A DNA stretch of 56,510 bases, counting the filler, from Catajapyx aquilonaris (lineage: Eukaryota), in assembly GCA_000934665.2 (NCBI GenBank). It is 3 parts of 3 records of this genome, joined end to end, with 100 filler letters (N's around TTAATTAATTAA, not from the genome) between each part and the next. Parts side by side here need not be neighbours in the genome. Positions count along the whole stretch, not along the records: positions 1 to 18,778 come from JYFJ02006614.1; positions 18,879 to 37,642 come from JYFJ02006615.1; 1 more part is not named here. The stretch is one strand, 5' to 3'. The translations under genes were made by a program, and so were the position numbers. Each line of letters begins with the position of its first letter. Positions within the stretch are counted from its first letter, which is position 1. Below are positions 13,801-27,262 of this stretch, one piece after another. The notes beneath the pieces are model-generated. The model was not told where the DNA came from. It was given only the letters and a program-made list of their open reading frames with translations, and ran no database searches.

Positions 13801-16800
13801 AGTTGCTGGAATAAATAATGACGTGGAGTAGAGGCTTCGCTCAGAGAGATGTTAATCATTTTCCTCCCGTTGCGTTGTCCCGGAAGTATTCCCTGTGGAC
13901 TTGGGTAACGAGGAGAGGCATGTCCCTCCCTGCACCCGACCCAGAAAAAACAACAACTTCCAAAACAACAACAACAACAACACACAAGTAACAACCAGGA
14001 CTCCTAAAATGTTAATTCCACCAGTTCGATTCCGAGTAGCCATTGTTAGCTCACCTGTACTGTAATTATTCAGCTGTCTGCAACTAGGTAACCGCGGGTT
14101 CACATTTCTAAATCAAAAGAATGCCGGAATGTTCCCGTCTATAGCCTCGTTCGACAGACCTGGAATTTAATCAACAAACATTCGCAAGCACCCGTAATAC
14201 TCAATCGGGTTGGATGAGGCGAAAAAGTTGTACGCTTTCCTGCCGAGTAAATTCCAAGACGCTCTACTTTACAAAATCGAAGGTGCCTATCAAGGTGTTG
14301 ATAAGGCGGTGGATGGGAAAGGTTGGGAGGAGTAGGTGGTGGAGAAGGGGGCCTAAAAAAGACGGGAATGATTTCAAGTCTCCCTATTGTAGAGAGGTGC
14401 TGGGGCTCACAAAGAAGGGAGCTTCCGGCCAGGATAAAAACGCAACCTGAATAGCGCCAACTAATGATTCCGAATAGACGGAAATAAAGAGAAACTCGCT
14501 CACAGGAAGATTAATGAACGGTTTTGCCAAGCGATGCCAGACCTCATTGGAAAATATTCACGTGTCGTCGGTCAACAACATGAGGCCTGACCTTTAGAAA
14601 ATTATAGGGATGATTACAATAACTTCAGCTACATTAGAGTGTGAGGAATTGACCATGGTAGTGCGGAAAAGCGAATAAAAATATCTGTATTCTGTATGAA
14701 TATCATTTGCGAATATTATTTTAAAACCTCATTTCATTTGATTTTTTAAATTCTCTACATTACAAACGTGCACGGTAATAAATTTTGCTGCTCTTTAGAA
14801 ATTTACTCAAAAATGAAGATAGCTCTGTACTATATAGCATTGCCTCAGGAAGTAGGCCATTACACAAAGCGCGGTAGTTCAAACGTAAGCTTACCATAAA
14901 ACCAAAATAATACACACTGCTTTTTTTTCTACTTAAGCCTACTCCAGCACAGTGAATTACCTAGAGCAGTTCCAGCACTTTCAAAGGTATTATTGCTGCC
15001 TGCTCTATTTTTACGGTGGATGATTCCATTATTTTGTACTGTGCTTCTGCGGAAGTCAATAATGTAAATATCCTGCATATTACTAAAATGAGACAAAATG
15101 ATTTGAAATTGCATAATTATACAGGTAAACCTGTCTATTGTGGAAACAATGACTGAGTTCCGCAAAAGTTTCCTTCCGGAAGAGGTTTTCATTACGCGTG
15201 ACAGAAATACTATTTCCCAATATGAAAAGGAAAATTTGACACCAATTCATTTGTAAGGGTTATTTATTTTGATATGGATTTTTTTTTGCAAATTTAAATA
15301 TTGGTTTTAGAGCAAAAGTCGTTCTTGAATATTAGGTTGTTTCACATGGAATGACCCACAAACAAATATTCTCCTGTAGGCTATTTCCATATTTATTCTT
15401 GAACGTGACGTCATACGGTTAATAACTCCCCTGCCTCCTCCTTATCTACTCATTCTACAGTAAAACACAATCTATCACTTCAACCTGCCATGGTGCTCGA
15501 GTTACGGCAGCTTATAAAAATAACGCAAATAGGCAATGAATATTCACTGCCCAGCAGTAACTTTTAACATTCCTTATTGAGTGCACAAGTTACTTGGAAT
15601 TTGACCTAACCTTTGAGTCAGCAATTTCCTACATCCCTGCACAGCAGCCCAACAGCCATGATAAGAGTCCATTCAAGCCCTCTTCATCTTCCACCCAGTA
15701 AATGGATGTCATTCCCCCACAGTTACAGTACATTCTATACACTCTCCTTGCTTATCGGTGTCTTGGCCAAACCAGATGAATATTCATGATCCGACAATCA
15801 GTGCTGTTCTCCAAACAACCAAAGGTTTTACCTCAACACATTGAGTTGTGATTTGCTTTGGAGAGCCCTTTCCTGACCTTTGTCATTGTCATAACCAATT
15901 TGTGTGCCCATTATTTGTCAAATTTAAAAAAATCCCATAAAGTTATACGGTATTGACCATGTACAGTACAACCACAAAGTTATTATTTAGCCCAAAATAT
16001 AACATAACGTCATAACCGTTCATCCTCAGATAAATCGTACTGGGACCGTGAGGTTAATTACGTATAATTACAAACTCTCATCCTAACAGTAGGTCGTGAA
16101 AGAATATGGAATGTGATCTACACCCTGCCTAATCCTCTGCTCACTGCAGCCCTGTTTCATCCTATGCAGTGTTAAATAATAATTGTAGGCGAACCAGACT
16201 GTACGGTACGGTCAGGGGCTCCAGGTAACAATACCAACCCTGGAAGACAAGGTACGAATGTTGTTAGAACTGAGGTATGAGTCCTAGGAGGGGAAAAGGT
16301 TGACCACCTGGGTTGTGGGCTGGAGAGCGATGAGAGGACAGTTGAAAGAACACGGTGTAGGATTACGGGTTAAGCCCATCAGGGAATAGTCCAGTTACCA
16401 GGCGAGTGCAGTGATGGAGTAGCCCATGTTAATAGGATAGGCCAGAGACAATTATTTCATTTATACTGTGCTTGAATACAGGATTGAAGGTATAGCATTG
16501 CTCGCGCCCTTGCTTAATTTGAATTTTTGTAAATATAATACAGTAATATCAATATTTTTCAACTTTCTCTGAAGAAATGTTTAACATGACTCTCGGCATC
16601 CAATCAGGACGTCTCTAGGACACTAAAATTATGTAACTTATTATTATACAACAAGAAAATAATATTCACTAAAAGCTATGAGCTTGACTATGAGTGTAGT
16701 TTTAATTTTTTAGTATAGTTGAAGATCCACTTGTGAAATATCCTACAAACAGAACTGTTTAGAGAAACATCATTGATCGACATTATTTCTAATGTCATCT

Positions 16801-17227
16801 AGTATCAGTCATTCTAGTACTAGTAAGTAAATACCGTACTGTGTTTAATTTCAAAGGGAGTAAAGACGCCATGAATGAATGAGTCCGATGCAGAACATAT
16901 TTTGGATAATTTTAAACAGAGATGTTACAGTCATAATTATAGTAATGCCACAAAACCGTAACATTTTCATAATTAATTTTTTACGATGTTAAGTTTTTTG
17001 TGGCGATTGTTGGAGGATGCTCTATAGTGAGAGTGAATGTTGATGATATTGGCGTTGGATAAGGGGCAGTAGCATAATTTGAAGATCCTGTACAGGCATT
17101 GTTAGTGGATCACTTGAGAGGTATTTTGTAGGGTAAGTCCATTTTACTATATATATTTATTTGAGGAAGGCTGATGTGAGAGGATGCGTGTTATTGTATT
17201 TTTATTATTGTATTTATTTTTACTTTT

Positions 17228-17378
17228 GCTGGGTTGCACCGGCTTCCGGGAAATTTGTCTGGCCGAAGAGCCAGGATAGTTTATTCATTGTTGACAGAAT
17301 TGTTGACAACAATGAATAACAAACTAACCGGGCTCTTCTTCGGCCAGACAAATTTTCCGGGAGCTGGTGCAACCCGGC
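17228..17378. mobile_element. Small palindromic MITE (PIF/Harbinger-like ends)
   Basis: GCTGGGTTGCACCGGCTTCCGGGAAATTTGTCTGGCCGAAGAGCC pairs imperfectly with GGCTCTTCTTCGGCCAGACAAATTTTCCGGGAGCTGGTGCAACCCGGC. Almost the whole 151 bp folds back. T-rich flanks. Confidence 0.6.
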
Positions 17379-17867
17379 CTTTATTTATTTGATTCTTGTA
17401 TTTATTTTTACTTTATTTCGTTTTATTTTTATTATTTTGACGATGTACAGTTTTTTTTGCGATTATGGGTTGTGAGTGATTGTTGTTGATTTCGGAGTTG
17501 GATCAGGGGTAGAAGCATAATTTGAAAGTCCTCTAGAGGCATTGTTAGTGTCCCATCTGAAGGCCATTTTGAAGCGTAAGTCCATTTTACGGCGTTGTAT
17601 TTTCCTAGTATAGCCGTGGAGTCCCAGTAGTGCCAGTATCGCTGTGGGCAGAATAGATGCATCTATACTCCCTTGTATCGATGGCTTGTCAAGCTGACAA
17701 GCCGTAATGAAACCTAAATACTGTCTTACTGAATACCTGGCTGACGCCGCGCGCCGATACTAAATAAAAGTCAAGGCGTTCGCGTAAAAACATCGAGTCA
17801 TGACTTGAATCAACCTTTGTGTTCTTACAAACAGCGTGTTCCAATATAATTATTATCCGAGTCTTTT

Positions 17868-18125
17868 ACCGAAGCAAGTTGGTGGGGTGGTTAAGGAGCC
17901 CGACTGCTAATCGGGTGGTCCTGGGTTCGAAACCCGAGGCCGGCAACCCTGACCGTGGTTTTCTGTGGTTTTCCACGGTCCCCCAGGATAATTCCGGGGT
18001 TGTTTCTATATAATAGGCCACAGCCGCTTCCTTCCTTCCCTATCCTTGGCGCCATCGAATGGTGGTACTCCACTCCCCTAATGGAGCACCGAGGTATAAA
18101 TAAATAAAATAAAATAAATAAATCG
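17868..18125 (+). mobile_element. tRNA-derived SINE, Lm1/Talua-like core, copy 2
   Basis: Head with TGGTGGGGTGG (A box), CCCGACTGCTAATCGGG (Ser-GCT-like anticodon arm) and GGTTCGAAACC (B box). Same core as the 2909 copy. (TAAA)n tail. Degenerate TSD TCCGAGTCTTTT/TCTGAGTCCTTT. Confidence 0.85.
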
Positions 18126-18778
18126 TCTGAGTCCTTTCAGTCACAGAAAATTTCGCTCCCAAGCTGTAATTTTTTTTTGCTTGTTTCACCCCGATTGAGG
18201 TGCCCTATGATCTAGCAACATTCTGCTTCATTCGGGACACCTGGAAATAATTGGGCACCTCCATCGGGTTACAAATATCTACACAGAAATTACAACTTTG
18301 GGCTTGCAATAACTTACAAGTAGAAGAACACGGATAATTAAATCCCTTGTTTTTTTTTAATATGCTGGATATTCAAAGCATGCGATTGCAACAACTTTAA
18401 ACAGTTATCGTTTATTAAATAAAATAAAAATAAAATAAAAAGTTATCAGTTTAAACTGTTATCGTATAATAATATTTCTTATCCGAGACTGTTGAAAGTC
18501 CAATAAGGTTTGTTTTTTCTCCTGCTCCAGTACTATCACGGTCAAAAAGATTGTCGGACTGTTATGGAATCGTCCGCGACTTTTTCTCCCGCCAATCAGT
18601 GTGCCAGGTGCAGGTGATTTGGGCGAGTGCCGTCGAGAGCTTTCCTCCCGCGACCTCATGACACGTGCTCGAATTTTCATCGGTGGGGGGGAAGGGGGGG
18701 GTGCTGATTAGGCGAGGTATGGACGATGGTGGGAGTATTTTGGGTGGTGGTAAGCGGGGAGGGGGGAGAGAGAGAGAT

Positions 18779-18878
18779 NNNNNNNNNNNNNNNNNNNNNN
18801 NNNNNNNNNNNNNNNNNNNNNNTTAATTAATTAANNNNNNNNNNNNNNNNNNNNNNNNNNNNNNNNNNNNNNNNNNNN
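18779..18878. other. Synthetic contig linker (N44-TTAATTAATTAA-N44)
   Basis: 100-nt block with a six-frame stop oligo inside N runs; identical to the block at 37643. Confidence 0.95.
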
Positions 18879-21060
18879 TTACATTGCATGTGTTTCGTTG
18901 TATGCCTTTCCCTACTCAAAGTTGACGTCATCCCTATGCACACACTAGTCTGGTGGTTATTAGAACCAGGGACCCCTTTTGGTGGCGAAAGGTAATTGAA
19001 CACCAGGTCGTGTCCATCTCTGCTTGCACAACGGACCCATTTCGATCTGCAGGATGAATCATGCCGATAAGGACACCGCACTATCCGCTTCCCGACACCA
19101 TCCGTTCCGCACGATTGACTTCGTCCAGTTGGTGTGTCCACGTTCTGTCCGTTTTATCACAGGGATTTCCGAACTGACCGAAAAATCGAACGAAAACGGA
19201 AAGTTGAAACATGGTACCACATGTCCAGAAGGATGGTACGAGAATCGTCGCCCTAACCGCGGGTGCAGCATCCACGTTTTCGGTCGGAGCCGAAGTGCTG
19301 CCAAACTAATTTTAGGAGAATCCATAAATGCCATTGTTACAGAAGCGCCCATCCGCAAGGGCCTAACCAGCAGAATGCGGTCTTTAGGCGACACTGCCGA
19401 TGCCCACCTTCACCATAGGATAATTATCTAGAATTCCAAGAACGCCAACTCATTTCCTTTCCGATCGCAGGAACTGCCACAAGTACCACTGAAATTTACC
19501 GTAAATCTCCCCCCAGATCCTCAGCTTGATAATGGCCAAGTTAGGAATCGCGCCACTTTGAAACTTTTGTCCCCCCCTTCTTCTCCTCAAATCCGATTTC
19601 AAAGCGTTAAGGCGCTCTCGTTCGAGGTTTCCCTGCGAATGCTACCGTCTGTTTGCTACTAAATAGCTTGAGATCGAAACAAACAAAAAAAAGAAGATGT
19701 ATTTTTCTTATCAGTGAGGAGAAACCAATAAGAAAAACACTTTACGCGCTTTTTGGCTACTGTTACTCTACAAACCGCGATTCGACGCTAATCAAAATAT
19801 TTCTCCTTCGCACCGCGGCACATTTCATCAGCATAAAATAACAGTCGCTGCTTCTTCAATATTATCCATTCCGTTGGGCCCCACGGGCTTTTTTTTATTT
19901 AACAAGCTCGATTCAAAAAGTTCGTCGAGCTATACCGATAAAATACAGTATATATTTCTCCTTCCTTTATTCGTTCCCTCACTCTGAACATCATTCAACT
20001 CAAACAATCTTCCTGTGTGATTTCAGGGGGGTGCTTGTTAGTTTATCGATGGTGTACAGCCTTTGCCTTTATTTTCCCCCTAATTTCCCCACACATTAAT
20101 CGGAAAAAGTCAACAGCAAACACTTATGTTTGAATAAAATCGTGCAGATTCCACGATTTTAAACAGGCAATGCAATTTAAATTGAAAAAAGTGGCCATTA
20201 CGTACTGTAAATACACGGAATCAAATGCTGAACTTTTCCACTTTAAGTACACATACATAGTGCTCTCTCTATGTGTACTTAAAGGAAGACTATTCAGGCG
20301 AATTCTTAAACAATAATGGGACGTCCCTTAAAGTTACACTGTACACAGAGCACTGTACGCACAAATTGGATGCAAATTTTCCATTGTCCTGAACTTCTTT
20401 TTTTTCTTCGGGTAAAGTACATTGGCAGCGTGAGAACTCCAGCGCCCTTCTCCTTCTGTACAAAGTCCATCCACATTACCATCACGGCAGGAGGGGGCCC
20501 ATAATCAAGCCCAAATTGTGTGCATCTGGGGGAGTTTGGCCAGATGAGCAAATACCAGCGGGGCTTATTCCGAGAGAGAATAGGGGTTTTCTACCTAAGA
20601 CCAGGCCTAACTCGCAAAAGGTCGTTGAGGGAGACGGAGCGAGATGTCTTTCCTTCCGGGTAACGGTCCGGAAGGAAGGCGCCGTTCCAGTTAACCCCGT
20701 CTCCATCCCACCTCCCTTGGATGTCACCTGTCACTTCATCTTAAAAACTGGAGAAAATGGAGGCCACTGCCGCCGGGTTTGGTCATGAACTCTGGAGGCT
20801 TGGCATTGCACTCGGGATGGAGTGGAGCGCAATTTTTGAACAATTTTTTGAAAAGAAACCAAAATTGTACAGCATAGACGTTACAATGGCACCGATTGCT
20901 TTAACAATATCAATACAAAATAAATAAAAGTATATGAAAGTGAACAGTCTGTCCTTCGTAAATGCGCATATTCTGGCTGCAGTACAGTGCTGGACATTAA
21001 TTCCGTCATACTGCTAGCGACATTTTCAGATGCGGCAGACGTGCAAATGGACGTGATCGA

Positions 21061-21192
21061 GTGCGAGCCGTGCGAGTAAGAAATGGTAGCCCTTCGGTGA
21101 CGTCACTGGCTGGGGGACAACCCTTTTCTCCATTGCTCTCCCAGCCGGTGACGTCACTCAAGGCCTACCTCTTCTTACTCGCACGGCCGCAC
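21061..21192. repeat. Imperfect 132-bp fold-back with two perfect TGACGTCA (CRE) palindromes
   Basis: Arms 21061-21120 and 21133-21192 are reverse complements with a few mismatches. TGACGTCA at 21098-21105 and 21149-21156. Confidence 0.75.
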
Positions 21193-23063
21193 ATTGGCTC
21201 CTTGATGACACTGGCCGCGTGATGCGCCATTTTGCTCAGCTTCAAGTTCTTGAAGCGTTTCTTTTTTAACCCTTTGAAAAGATTATTCCCCAGTGAGGTT
21301 TGTTAACGATAGGTCATTACTTCTGGAACTCGAATGTGAGGGCTTTGCTCTTATCCACTCGATGTTTATCCGCCTTTGAGTGTAGAGGAGTCAGTTTGAG
21401 TCCCATCCCAAAGAGGAGCCGGCGTCTTTAAGGAAGAAAAGAGTAATGTCCTGACTTCCGCTCGAATAGCTGAGGGATTGCAGTCCCCGGCTTCATCTTT
21501 CCTCATGAAAATGCTTCCATTCGCGGCGGTCTCTGAGAGGAATTTTAACGTCCACGAGGTGGCATTACCTCGGTCGACAACCATTACGATAAGTCTGAAC
21601 ATTATGCCCGCGAGATCCTTGCAAAGTGCTGAATGTCATGTGCTTGGATGATACACAAAGCGGGGACATAAAATGTGACAAGTTGTGAGATATTTGTGGG
21701 GCGACTTGAGTACAGACGTCAAGCAGATTGGTAATTTGAAATGTCAAAATGTGAGACATAAATAAGTGGCACCCAGACATTCTGACTTGTACTCGAGTAG
21801 TGTCGTGCATTACGGTGCACGTAAATGATCAGTTTAGGTCAAAGTTTCAAAGCAACTCGTTCCACCTGTCACCTCCATGCACGTTCGTATGACCTGAGTG
21901 ACAAACGAGGTGACTTATCTCCATCAGGCTGAAAATACGGTAACCCACTGCACAGCAGGCATCAAATATGTTCATTACAAGTGTCTCCACACGCAGATGA
22001 TATAAAGCAGAACTAGCTTTGTAATGATGAAGTTGCCAAGGACTTCAGATAGCCATGACATTAATAATGTCATTAACATATTGTAAGCACTGTGACCTGC
22101 AGGAGTGAATACTACAATTCTTTCTTACCAAGAATGCAACTTCTTTACAGCCTAGAGCCATAGACTAATAACGTCAGCAATCTGAAACTCTAGTCTCAAC
22201 TCTAGCATTACCAACTCCAAGATGCTTCTTGTCTCGAAAATGTGGAAACAAAGCATCCAAGATGACAGATGCCTCCCAAAAGTTTCTATAAGTTTTCTAC
22301 TGCTTTGTGTCAAAGGGCTCTTTTCATTCTTGGTAGTGTCTTAAACGATCAAAGGTACCAATGATTACACGTACCAGGAAAGCGAAGTTTCTCGTGGAGA
22401 TATTGAAGAAAATCTTTGAGCTAAAAAGTTCTCAGAAGGTCCCCCCCCNCCCCCGCGCGCTCCAAACATTAATGGATCATCATTTTGTACTCACCGTCTC
22501 ACGCAAAGTACGTTGATATGGGTCAATACTATCTGGATCACTCACCTGTAAAGAAACAAAAACAGCAATCAACATTTTGCGGGGTCAAGAGAAATCGACT
22601 AATATTTCCGTGATACAATCAGGAGTTACAAAACATTACATGCCTTTACGTAAGACTCTAGGGAAAACAATATTACACCCTGCTGGACTGTATATTTCGT
22701 TTATACGATAAGCAGAAAACCCGATGCGATGTCTCTATACAGATACCATTGCTATGTGTACCAAGGTCAGCTTTATGTGAATTTCGGAACTTCATGGCAA
22801 CGGCCAAACTTTGGTCTCATTTTTTGGCCACACTACAGTGAATCGACATTGAGGCCATGCAATGAGTGAAGAACCGTAGGGAATTGTCGCCTGGGATATT
22901 TCGGAACATTGCAGCTCCAAGCAGCACTAAGGCGACTCATGCCCCAACGCGTCCAACACTGTCAGTTGCCAATTGCGCAAGAACACAATACACGCAAACT
23001 GTTCATAGTCACGATGTCTGATCGCAAGGGTCATTTCAGGCTCTGTTCGTCGGTAGTGAAATA

Positions 23064-25553
23064 ATGCCAAGTCATCCTCCGGTCGTGAGTCGTGAAAATT
23101 CCAATGGTGCAATCAGGCGTAGTACTTATCGTACCACCTCTTGGGATAAACATATTGGCTTGGGAAGTTCGGCTGAAAACCCATTGATATCGAGGCAAAA
23201 TTCGGTGGCAAACATCAATAAGAAATCGTCAACCTCATGTCTGCAAACAGTCAAAGACTACTGCTCAACTTCTTCAGTTCATGGAATCAAATTCATTACC
23301 GTCGACAACATTCACATCTTAGAAAGGTAATTGTCACAAATAACCTAATCCTTCTATAACAATGTGTGTCATATTGCTGTCCTCAATTTTCAGAATCATA
23401 TGGTTCGCGGTCTGTGTTGTTTCTTTATCTGCAGCTATACTGCTGATACAACCAGTGTTTAAAAGATATGCCAATAACCAGCTAATGATGGCAGTAGAAT
23501 CAACTAACACTCCCATCTGGGACGTCGACTTTCCGGCAGTAACCATTTGCAATGTTAACAATGTAATGGAGGACTTGTTCCGTAACATCATCAACCAGGA
23601 ACCGTGAAAGTATAAATTATTCTTGTCACTAATTCAATACAATTTCATGTTTTTTTTGTATTCTTAATTCAGGTGGAATAACAACCCTGAAATGGGGAAT
23701 GTGATTAAGCTCCTAACTGGTATCGGCCAAACGAAAATTAACAAGCAGCAGAACGACAATAAAGAAATGGAAGACGTCATCAACAAGAACGTGAACGCGA
23801 TAGAAGGACTAATGAAAGAGGTGATAATATTTCATTATACACATATCATGAGCACATTATGTCAACTACATTCAATTACATGCACTCATCAAGAGTCAAA
23901 GTAGTTGGCATTTGAGTCCCAAACCCCTAAAGAGTCCCAACCCGAAACCTTCCAATACCTACGACAAACAACGTACAAATGCATATGGTCAATTTCAGGT
24001 CACACAGCCTATAGACAGAATGGCGTTATCATGCTATTGGCTAAGTGAGAAACGCAACTGCAGTGATTTATTCGAAAAGAGGCGTACTGATGAAGGCTTC
24101 TGCTGGTCCTTTAACTCCAAGGCAATGAAAGACGCCAACAAAAATCCACAAAGGTCAGGGCAGTATCATTTCACTACAGCACTTATACATACGTTCAATG
24201 TAAGCACGCACCCAATATATACCATTACAATTTACACAATATTGCACAATTATCCGAATTACACAGTATTCACGAATAATTCTCGTTGCAGGATTCAAGA
24301 CGAGTCCATTGAGAGTGTCAATGCGAGTGATGATTCCGGTGACGGATCCGACACCTCGCACGAAGACATGATTGCCAACGAAAATGAAACCTCAAAAATC
24401 CGCAGAGTAAATGGAGCAGGTCCGATGATGGGACTGTCTGTCTTGCTTAACCCTGATTCCAAAAACGCTGCCAATTCCTCATCCTTCTTCACAGGCTTTA
24501 AGGTAATGTTGTGCATTGTGATATGCAAATTGCTTAGCGTGATTTGTTTATGCCATACATAAACCCTCACGTTTCAGGTGCTAATACACGACCCAGACGC
24601 TTTTCCCAGCATGACCAGCAGATCTTTCCTTGTGTCCGCTGGTAGGGAGGTCTTCACAGCGGTCTCTCCGACTGTCGTTTACGGCACAGAAGCAGTCCAG
24701 CAACTCAACAAAAAAGACCGATTTTGCAATTTCAAGTATGAGAAAAAAATGGAGTTTTATAGAACCTACCATTACGATAATTGTCTTCTGGAATGCAAAA
24801 TAAAAGCCATGAAAAAAAAATGCGGCTGCGTCCCATACATATTCTCCGTGATAGGTACGTTAGCCACTCTAAATATGTTGCAGTGTTAATATATGCAAAT
24901 ATCATAACATTATTATTTTAGGAAACGTTTGTAATTACACGGGAATGGTGTGTATAACTAATTACCAGCGTAAGTACCGAATCCATTAATTTTGACATTT
25001 ACTCGTTCATTTATAAGAAGTCACTTGCTTTCTGCAGGATTTTTTTCCTCCGTACAGCCAGACAAATATGTGAAAGGCTTAAATATCAGTGTGAAGTCAA
25101 TGAATCTTTGCAAATGCCGACCCACATGTAACGATGTTAAGTACACGTCAGAAGTAACCGCAGCCGTTTATCCATCCAAACCCGAGGACATCACATCAGT
25201 GTCTGATGAATCAATTGACAAGTAAGCAATGTCCCGCCATCATAATGCTGTGCCTAAACAATGACTGTTTTCAGGAGTGAGCTTGTTCTACTGCGAGTCT
25301 TTTTCAAGGAAATGGCATTCATCACGTACCGTACGGACCTAGTTTACAAATGGACCGATATACTCTGTAAGTAATGCTGAAAGATATGCATCAAATCATG
25401 TAGTAACCTATTAAAATTGCAGCTACATTTGGAGGAGTCGTGAACCTATTCCTCGGATGCAGCTTCATCAGTGTCCTTGAAGTGTTCTATTACTTTGTGA
25501 TAAAACCATCGTTCAGAGCATGTAAGCGCTCCAGATCTGCTCAAGTGCAATAG
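23064..25553 (+). CDS. DEG/ENaC (pickpocket-family) channel subunit, copy 1; 10 exons, 572 aa
   Basis: Exons 23064-23326, 23394-23603, 23673-23820, 23999-24153, 24292-24502, 24578-24854, 24922-24969, 25038-25221, 25275-25366, 25423-25553. All introns GT-AG and the frame is open. Motifs: pre-TM1 SSVHG, FPAVTICN, GFCWSFNS, Cys-rich thumb, TM2 ILSTFGGVVNLFLGCSFISVLE. Start codon inferred. Confidence 0.93.
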
Positions 25554-26092
25554 GCCATACTGTACGATCCTCCTGCACACTCATCTTGCACAAAAGCTTT
25601 TAAAAAGTTTCCTTCGTTGCAAAAAAAAGTACTTCTGTTACAGTAAAACATGAAAATTACAGTATGTTAACAATAACTTGGCATGGAACCCAAAACCAAT
25701 AAGGTATTGCTGTTGTAAAGCGGAGCCTAGAAAATTTTGCATCACAAATAGGTTTTTTGGTCCTGTCGTCCTGTCTTGCAGGGACAAATAGTCCTCGTGA
25801 ATGCCAGCTACATGCACACTGTACACACTATTGCGTTTTTTGGTATTTTTGCAGTGGTTTACTCCTACTAATATTTCACCCATATTATATTTATTACATT
25901 AAGTCCCTTATGACTAATCACAGCATCCAGGATCCACAGCCAGCCAAACGCTGAAAACCGAAAGTGTTCTCCAATAGTATAAAAATGTTACATGAGGTCA
26001 TATAGAGGCACAAATGCCTCACCACTCAGGTACCGTACAATAGTTGACGCGTTCCTTGCATACTCACAAATCAGTATGTTATTGTCTATATA

Positions 26093-26516
26093 CAGGGTGT
26101 ATCTGAACTCAGTGCCCCGACGTATATAACTGCCTTCCTAGCCACCAGAGGATCGATTTAAGCATAGGAGTCATTATGTTTGGCCGTCGCATTACGGAGA
26201 TAATTGGCCGCAAACATGTAGTACAAAATATCCTGTCGGTTAGGCCACCCATCGAACCCTCCCCCAGTCAGAAGGCTCTGGAAGGTCTGGGGGCCGGACT
26301 TTGTTGGTTTGTTGCCCACAGGTGGTAAGGACTCTTTGGCTAGTTACACCAGAAAATTCTATTTAAAAGTCAGAAGGAGCGATTAGGCAAAAATCGCTAA
26401 TGAGTGTATCTCAGTAATGAGGCTGCCCAGACATATGACTCCTATACTTAGATCGATCCTCTGGTGGCTAGGAAGGCAGTCATATACGTCGGGGCACTGA
26501 GTTCAGATACACCCTG
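26093..26516. mobile_element. Tc1/mariner-type MITE
   Basis: CAGGGTGTATCTGAACTCAGTGCCCCGACG... termini with ~110-bp inverted arms. TA on both sides (26091-92, 26517-18). Lies between channel copies 1 and 2. Confidence 0.88.
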
Positions 26517-27102
26517 TATATGACCAGTCATTATAGATAACTTGGAAGGCACGAAACTCTTTTTCAGGTTGTATATTCAAGTACAATATGCAATTTGAAA
26601 ATAATGTAATGTTGAGCACAACCTTTGCTACTATTGTGTGTTTAAAATGATAAATAAATAAATAAAAAGTATATTCAAAGCTGGTCGTACGCCTATCAGT
26701 ATTAAATACTTACTTTACAGTTTCCATGTTCTGCTCACACTCTTTAAGTAATAACAGTTGAAATGCCCCTTAATAACCCAAAATAAAAAATACATTTCTT
26801 TCCTTTCCTGAAAAGAATTCTTGTCATCCATCTCAAACTTTGTAATATAACATTGGCACAAAAAGATATATCAGGCGAACTCTTCTTCCGCGATTCCTGT
26901 AGCCAAGCACCGAATGCTAAACGCAAGCACATTGACAAATCCGCTCTTCATAAGCCTTACATCAATAAAGTCTATCAAATCAATGCAATTGGTATACAGC
27001 TACAGGTATAACATTTCGTCTTCCTGACTATAGTTACTATCTGCATCACGTATTTAATAACATCAATAACCCACACTGTACGGAACCTTTATATAACAAG
27101 TT

Positions 27103-27117
27103 GTTGCATATGGCAAC
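27103..27117. promoter_or_regulatory. Candidate X-box (RFX site) upstream of channel copy 2
   Basis: Near-palindrome GTTGCATATGGCAAC about 150 bp upstream of the ATG at 27263, just after TATATAA (27090-27096). Confidence 0.4.
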
Positions 27118-27262
27118 TAAAATGACAACATTTTTTTTTTCCTTGAGTGCTGTTACTATATGCACGGAATCCCAGCGGAACAGATCACGCAACATCTACA
27201 CTCGTTCAAACATCGACAAACAAGATTCACTCCAGATCTTGTCACTAAACCATCAAGAAGTC

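Noticed and set aside
17868..17945. tRNA-Ser(GCT) gene
   Set aside because: The anticodon arm and A/B boxes are present, but there is no proper acceptor stem or long variable arm, and it continues into a SINE core, tail and TSD.
18879..20800. GC-richer ORFs at the start of contig 2
   Set aside because: Overlapping short ORFs in several frames with no recognisable domain; probably degraded repeat.
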